64,000 bases of DNA from the human T2T-CHM13v2.0 reference genome, Homo sapiens, in assembly GCF_009914755.1 (NCBI RefSeq), contig NC_060939.1; one strand, 5' to 3'. The notes beneath the pieces were generated by a model. The model did no database searches. It was given only the letters and a program-made list of their open reading frames with translations, and was not told the origin of the DNA. The translations under genes were made by a program, and so were the position numbers. Of this stretch, positions 58,501-64,000 are shown in pieces (the first letter of the stretch is position 1; every line of letters begins with the position of its first letter).

Positions 58501-61500
58501 TCGATTCCATTCCATTCGAATCAATTACATAGCAATCCATTACATTCGAGTCTATTCTATTCCGTTCCATTCGATTTCGTTCCAATCCATTCGATTCCAT
58601 TCCATTCGATTCCATTCCATACTATTGCATTCCATTCGATTACATTATATTCGAATAAGTTCCATTCAAGACCATTTCTTTTGAGTCCATTCTATTTGAG
58701 TCCATTCCCTTTGATTCCATAACATTTGAGTCCATTCAATTCCATTCCTTTCGTTTCCATTCCATTTGATGCCATTCCATTCAATTCTGTTCTACTCGAC
58801 TCCAATACATTCAATTCCATTCCATCCGATTCCATTACATTCTTTTCATTTCTTATCCATTTCAAGCCATTCCACTCCATTCCATTCCACTCGTTTCCTT
58901 TCCATTCGAGTCCATTCCTCTCCAGTCCATTCCATTCAATCCATTCCATTCCAGTCCATTCCATTCGAGTCCGTTCCATTCCAGTCCATTCCATTCGAGT
59001 CAATTCCATTCCATTCGATGTCTTTCCATAACGATCCATTCCATTCTATTCCTTTCGATTCCATTCCATTCTATTTCATTCCATTCGATTCCCTTCCATT
59101 GGACTCCTTTCCATTCGAGTGCATTCCATTCCGTTCCATTTCTTTCCGTTCTGTACGATTCCTACAGTTCGATTTCATTTTCTCCCAGTCCATTCTTTCG
59201 CGTCCATTCCATTCCATTTCACTCCATTCGATTCCATTCCACTCGATTCCACTTCGTTCCATTTCATTGCATTCCATTCTATTCAACTCTATTGCCTTCC
59301 ATTCCATTCCATTCGATTACATTCCATGCGATTCCATTCGAAATCGAATCAATTACATTGCAATCCATTACTATTGAGTCCGTTTTATTCCAGTCCACTG
59401 CATTCTGGTCCATTCCATTTGATTCCATTCCATTCTATTCCATTCCATACAGTTGCATTCCATTGGATTCCATGCTATATCTATAAATTCAATTCGAGAC
59501 CATTGCTTTTGAGTCCATTCTATATGATTCCATTCCATTCAAGTCCATTACATTTGGTTAAATTCCATTCCATTCGGTTCAATTCCATTTCATTCCATTC
59601 CCTTCCATTCCATTCCAGTTGATATCAATCCATTCGATTCCATTCCATTCGAGCACATTCCATTCGAGTCCATTCCATTCGATGCCATTCCATTTGATTC
59701 TATTCCATTAGTCTCCATTCAATTCCATTAATCTCCATTCCATTCCATTCTACTCCAACTGATTCCATTCCATTCTATTCCTTTCCATTCCATTTCATTC
59801 CATTCCATTCCATTCCATTCCATTCCATTCCATTCCATTCGTGTCCATTCCACTCCAGTCCATTCCATTCGTATCCATTCCATTCCAGTCCATTCCATTT
59901 GTGTCCACTGCATTCCATTCCACTCCATTCCATATTATTCCATTACACTCCATTCCATTCTATTACTTTCATTTCCATTCAATTCCATTCCATTTGATTC
60001 CATTCCACTCGGTTTCATTCCATTTGAGTCCACTCCATTCCATTCCATTCCATTCAGTTCCATTCCATTCTGTTCCATTCCATTCCGTTCCATTACATTC
60101 CATTCCATTCGGTACCATTCCATATTGTTCCATTCGATTCCATTCGAATCCATTCCATTCCAGTCCATTCCATTCGATTCCATTCCATTCATTTCAATTC
60201 CATTCCATTCCATTCCATTACATTCCACTTGATTCCTCTCCATTCCCTTCCACTGCATTCCGTTCGATTCCATTCCATTGCATTGCATTCCATTCCATTG
60301 GATTGCATTCCATTCGATTCCATTCCATTCGAATCAATTACATAGCAATCCATTACATTCGAGTCTATTCTCTTCCGTTCCATTCGATTTCGTTCCAATC
60401 CATTCGATTCCATTCCATTCGATTCCATTCCATACTATTGCATTCCATTCGATTACATTATATTCGAATAAGTTCCATTCAAGACCATTTCTTTTGAGTC
60501 CATTCTATTTGAGTCCATTCCCTTTGATTCCATAACATTTGAGTCCATTCAATTCCATTCCTTTCGTTTCCATTCCATTTGATGCCATTCCATTCAATTC
60601 TGTTCTACTCGACTCCAATACATTCAATTCCATTCCATCCGATTCCATTACATTCTTTTCATTTCTTATCCATTTCAAGCCATTCCACTCCATTCCATTC
60701 CACTCGTTTCCTTTCCATTCGAGTCCATTCCTCTCCAGTCCATTCCGTTCAATCCATTCCATTCCAGTCCATTCCATTCGAGTCCGTTCCATTCCAGTCC
60801 ATTCCATTCGATGTCTTTCCATAACGATCCATTCCATTCTATTCCTTTCGATTCCATTCCATTCTATTTCATTCCATTCGATTCCCTTCCATTGGACTCC
60901 TTTCCATTCGAGTGCATTCCATTCCGTTCCATTTCTTTCCGTTCTGTACGATTCCTACCGTTCGATTTCATTTTGTTCCAGTCCATTCTTTCGCGTCCAT
61001 TCCATTCCATTTCACTCCATTCGATTCCATTCCACTCGATTCCACTTCGTTCCATTTCATTGCATTCCATTCTATTCAACTCTATTGCCTTCCATTCCAT
61101 TCCATTCGATTACATTCCATGCGATTCCATTCGAAATCGAATCAATTACATTGCAATCCATTACTATTGAGTCCGTTTTATTCCAGTCCACTGCATTCTG
61201 GTCCATTCCATTTGATTCCATTCCATTCTATTCCATTCCATACAGTTGCATTCCATTGGATTCCATGCTATATCTATAAATTCAATTCGAGACCATTGCT
61301 TTTGAGTCCATTCTATATGATTCCATTCCATTCAAGTCCATTACATTTGGTTAAATTCCATTCCATTCGGTTCAATTCCATTCCATTCCATTCCCTTCCA
61401 TTCCATTCCAGTTGATATCAATCCATTCGATTCCATTCCATTCGAGCACATTCCATTCGAGTCCATTCCATTCGATGCCATTCCATTTGATTCTATTCCA

Positions 61501-64000
61501 TTAGTCTCCATTCAATTCCATTAATCTCCATTCCATTCCATTCTACTCCAACTGATTCCATTCCATTCTATTCCTTTCCATTCCATTTCATTCCATTCCA
61601 TTCCATTCCATTCCATTCCATTCCATTCGTGTCCATTCCACTCCAGTCCATTCCATTCGTATCCATTCCATTCCAGTCCATTCCATTTGTGTCCACTGCA
61701 TTCCATTCCACTCCATTCCATATTATTCCATTACACTCCATTCCATTCTATTACTTTCATTTCCATTCAATTCCATTCCATTTGATTCCATTCCACTCGG
61801 TTTCATTCCATTTGAGTCCACTCCATTCCATTCCATTCCATTCAGTTCCATTCCATTCTGTTCCATTCCATTCCGTTCCATTACATTCCATTCCATTCGG
61901 TACCATTCCATATTGTTCCATTCGATTCCATTCGAATCCATTCCATTCCAGTCCATTCCATTCGATTCCATTCCATTAATTTCAATTCCATTCCATTCAT
62001 TTCAATTCCATTCCATTCCATTCCATTACATTCCACTTGATTCCTCTCCATTCCCTTCCACTGCATTCCGTTCGATTCCATTCCATTGCATTGCATTCCA
62101 TTCCATTGGATTGCATTCCATTCGATTCCATTCCATTCGAATCAATTACATAGCAATCCATTACATTCGAGTCTATTCTCTTCCGTTCCATTCGATTTCG
62201 TTCCAATCCATTCGATTCCATTCCATTCGATTCCATTCCATACTATTGCATTCCATTCGATTACATTATATTCGAATAAGTTCCATTCAAGACCATTTCT
62301 TTTGAGTCCATTCTATTTGAGTCCATTCCCTTTGATTCCATAACATTTGAGCCCATTCAATTCCATTCCTTTCGTTTCCATTCCATTTGATGCCATTCCA
62401 TTCAATTCTGTTCTACTCGACTCCAATACATTCAATTCCATTCCATCCGATTCCATTACATTCTTTCCATTTCTTATCCATTTCAAGCCATTCCACTCCA
62501 TTCCATTCCACTCGTTTCCTTTCCATTCGAGTCCATTCCTCTCCAGTCCATTCCGTTCAATCCATTCCATTCCAGTCCATTCCATTCGAGTCCGTTCCAT
62601 TCCAGTCCATTCCATTCGAGTCAATTCCATTCCATTCGATGTCTTTCCATAACGATCCATTCCATTCTATTCCTTTCGACTCCATTCTATTCTATTTCAT
62701 TCCATTCGATTCCCTTCCATTGGACTCCTTTCCATTCGAGTGCATTCCATTCCGTTCCATTTCTTTCCGTTCTGTACGATTCCTACCGTTCGATTTCATT
62801 TTGTTCCAGTCCATTCTTTCGCGTCCATTCCATTCCATTTCACTCCATTCGATTCCATTCCACTCGATTCCACTTCGTTCCATTTCATTGCATTCCATTC
62901 TATTCAACTCTATTGCCTTCCATTCCATTCCATTCGATTACATTCCATGCGATTCCATTCGAAATCGAATCAATTACATTGCAATCCATTACTATTGAGT
63001 CCGTTTTATTCCAGTCCACTGCATTCTGGTCCATTCCATTTGATTCCATTCCATTCTATTCCATTCCATACAGTTGCATTCCATTGGATTCCATGCTATA
63101 TCTATAAATTCAATTCGAGACCATTGCTTTTGAGTCCATTCTATATGATTCCATTCCATTCAAGTCCATTACATTTGGTTAAATTCCATTCCATTCGGTT
63201 CAATTCCATTCCATTCCATTCCCTTCCATTCCATTCCAGTTGATATCAATCCATTCGATTTCATTCCATTCGAGCACATTCCATTCGAGTCCATTCCATT
63301 CGATGCCATTCCATTTGATTCTATTCCATTAGTCTCCATTCAATTCCATTAATCTCCATTCCATTCCATTCTACTCCAACTGATTCCATTCCATTCTATT
63401 CCTTTCCATTCCATTTCATTCCATTCCATTCCAATCCATTCCATTCCATTCCATTCGTGTCCATTCCACTCCAGTCCATTCCATTCGTATCCATTCCATT
63501 CCAGTCTATTCCATTTGTGTCCACTGCATTCCATTCCACTCCATTCCATATTATTCCATTACACTCCATTCCATTCTATTACTTTCATTTCCATTCAATT
63601 CCATTCCATTTGATTCCATTCCACTCGGTTTCATTCCATTTGAGTCCACTCCATTCCATTCCATTCCATTCAGTTCCATTCCATTCTGTTCCATTCCATT
63701 CCGTTCCATTACATTCCATTCCATTCGGTACCATTCCATATTGTTCCATTCGATTCCATTCGAATCCATTCCATTCCAGTCCATTCCATTCGATTCCATT
63801 CCATTCATTTCAATTCCATTCCATTCCATTCCATTACATTCCACTTGATTCCTCTCCATTCCCTTCCACTGTATTCCGTTCGATTCCATTCCATTGCATT
63901 GCATTCCATTCCATTGGATTGCATTCCATTCGATTCCATTCCATTCGAATCAATTACATAGCAATCCATTACATTCGAGTCTATTCTATTCCGTTCCATT
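52600..64000 (+). repeat. Nascent ~5.4 kb three-monomer tandem duplication (about two copies visible)
   Basis: Private variants recur at a 5419-5434 bp offset: CCTACAGTT and TTTTCTCCCAG (~53728 and ~59161); a 20-bp duplication with TTAATTTCAATT (~56557 and ~61976); GAGCCCATT (~56930 and ~62350); CGACTCCATTCTATT (~57258 and ~62677); TCCAATCCAT (~58011 and ~63430). Confidence 0.85.

Larger units (their letters stand above)
618..63732 (+). repeat. D15Z1: ~1.8 kb KpnI higher-order monomer in tandem (35 complete KpnI-to-KpnI units); consistent with D15Z1 / HSat3A5 of chromosome 15p
   Basis: GGTACC recurs once per unit at 618, 2412, 4191, 6004, 7812, 9616 ... 61899, 63727 (36 sites read). The repeated ORF anchor (1046, 2840, 4619 ... 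62347) gives spacings of 1764-1883 bp. A 1.8-kb KpnI periodicity in satellite 3 is the established signature of D15Z1. The periodicity is seen directly; the chromosome assignment is inferred. Confidence 0.8.
1..64000 (+). repeat. Human satellite 3 (HSat3 / satellite III) array, diverged (CATTC)n on + strand, continuous and in a single orientation
   Basis: Every line consists of CATTC pentamers and single-base variants (CGATT, CAGTC, CACTC, GAGTC). Runs of pure CATTC reach 5-10 copies. There is no stretch of unrelated sequence and no GAATG tract on the + strand. The array runs off both ends of the window. Confidence 0.98.

Noticed and set aside
1046-62347. A single strict higher-order period across the window
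   Set aside because: Shared variants occur at many different offsets (1, 3, 4, 5, 6, 8, 17, 22-23 monomers), and the A/B order is irregular. This indicates patchwork duplication rather than one regular HOR.
358-63999. Hundreds of ORFs (up to 308 aa) rich in IPFHS (+) or MEWNG (-) repeats
   Set aside because: Pure (CATTC)n and (GAATG)n have no stop codons in any frame, so long ORFs arise automatically. The ORFs overlap in all frames, many use GTG/TTG starts, they are frameshifted freely between monomers by 1-, 5- and 20-bp indels, and they show no recognisable domain.
1-64000. CRISPR-like repeat/spacer array or other prokaryotic system
   Set aside because: There are no unique spacers, no constant 23-50 bp repeat separated by unrelated sequence, and no cas or other genes. 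The sequence is a primate satellite.
1-64000. Assignment to HSat2 (1.77 kb chr1 unit) or to DYZ1 (3.6 kb Y unit)
   Set aside because: Long pure CATTC runs dominate and the HSat2-type ATGATG-containing ~23-26 bp unit is absent. The period is 1.8 kb with one KpnI site, there is no strict dimer alternation, and EcoRI sites are not regular.
1-64000. Alu/L1 insertion, inversion breakpoint, CENP-B box or telomeric repeat
   Set aside because: No poly(A) tail, target-site duplication, GC-rich insert, strand switch, alpha-satellite sequence or TTAGGG tract was seen on reading the window.

Overview
The whole 64 kb window is one uninterrupted, single-orientation human satellite 3 (HSat3) array. The + strand is (CATTC)n and the - strand is (GAATG/GGAAT)n. 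It is organised as about 35.5 head-to-tail copies of a ~1.8 kb monomer. Anchor-to-anchor spacing is 1764-1883 bp, mean about 1803 bp over 34 intervals. Each monomer has one KpnI site (GGTACC) and one EcoRV site (GATATC). This matches the classical 1.8-kb KpnI satellite 3 family D15Z1 (HSat3A5, chromosome 15 short arm); that assignment comes from prior knowledge, not alignment. I see no genes, RNA genes, transposon insertions, inversions or unique sequence, and all listed ORFs are artefacts of the pentamer repeat. I found no evidence of a novel gene system. The interesting content is the array's own evolutionary record: two monomer haplotypes plus mosaics, an old internal duplication within the monomer (829-bp offset), a nascent ~5.4 kb trimer, multi-monomer blocks copied at offsets of 4, 5, 8, 17 and 23 monomers, microhomology-type indels in multiples of 5 bp, and CpG decay. 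All variant calls were read by eye, so block boundaries are approximate.
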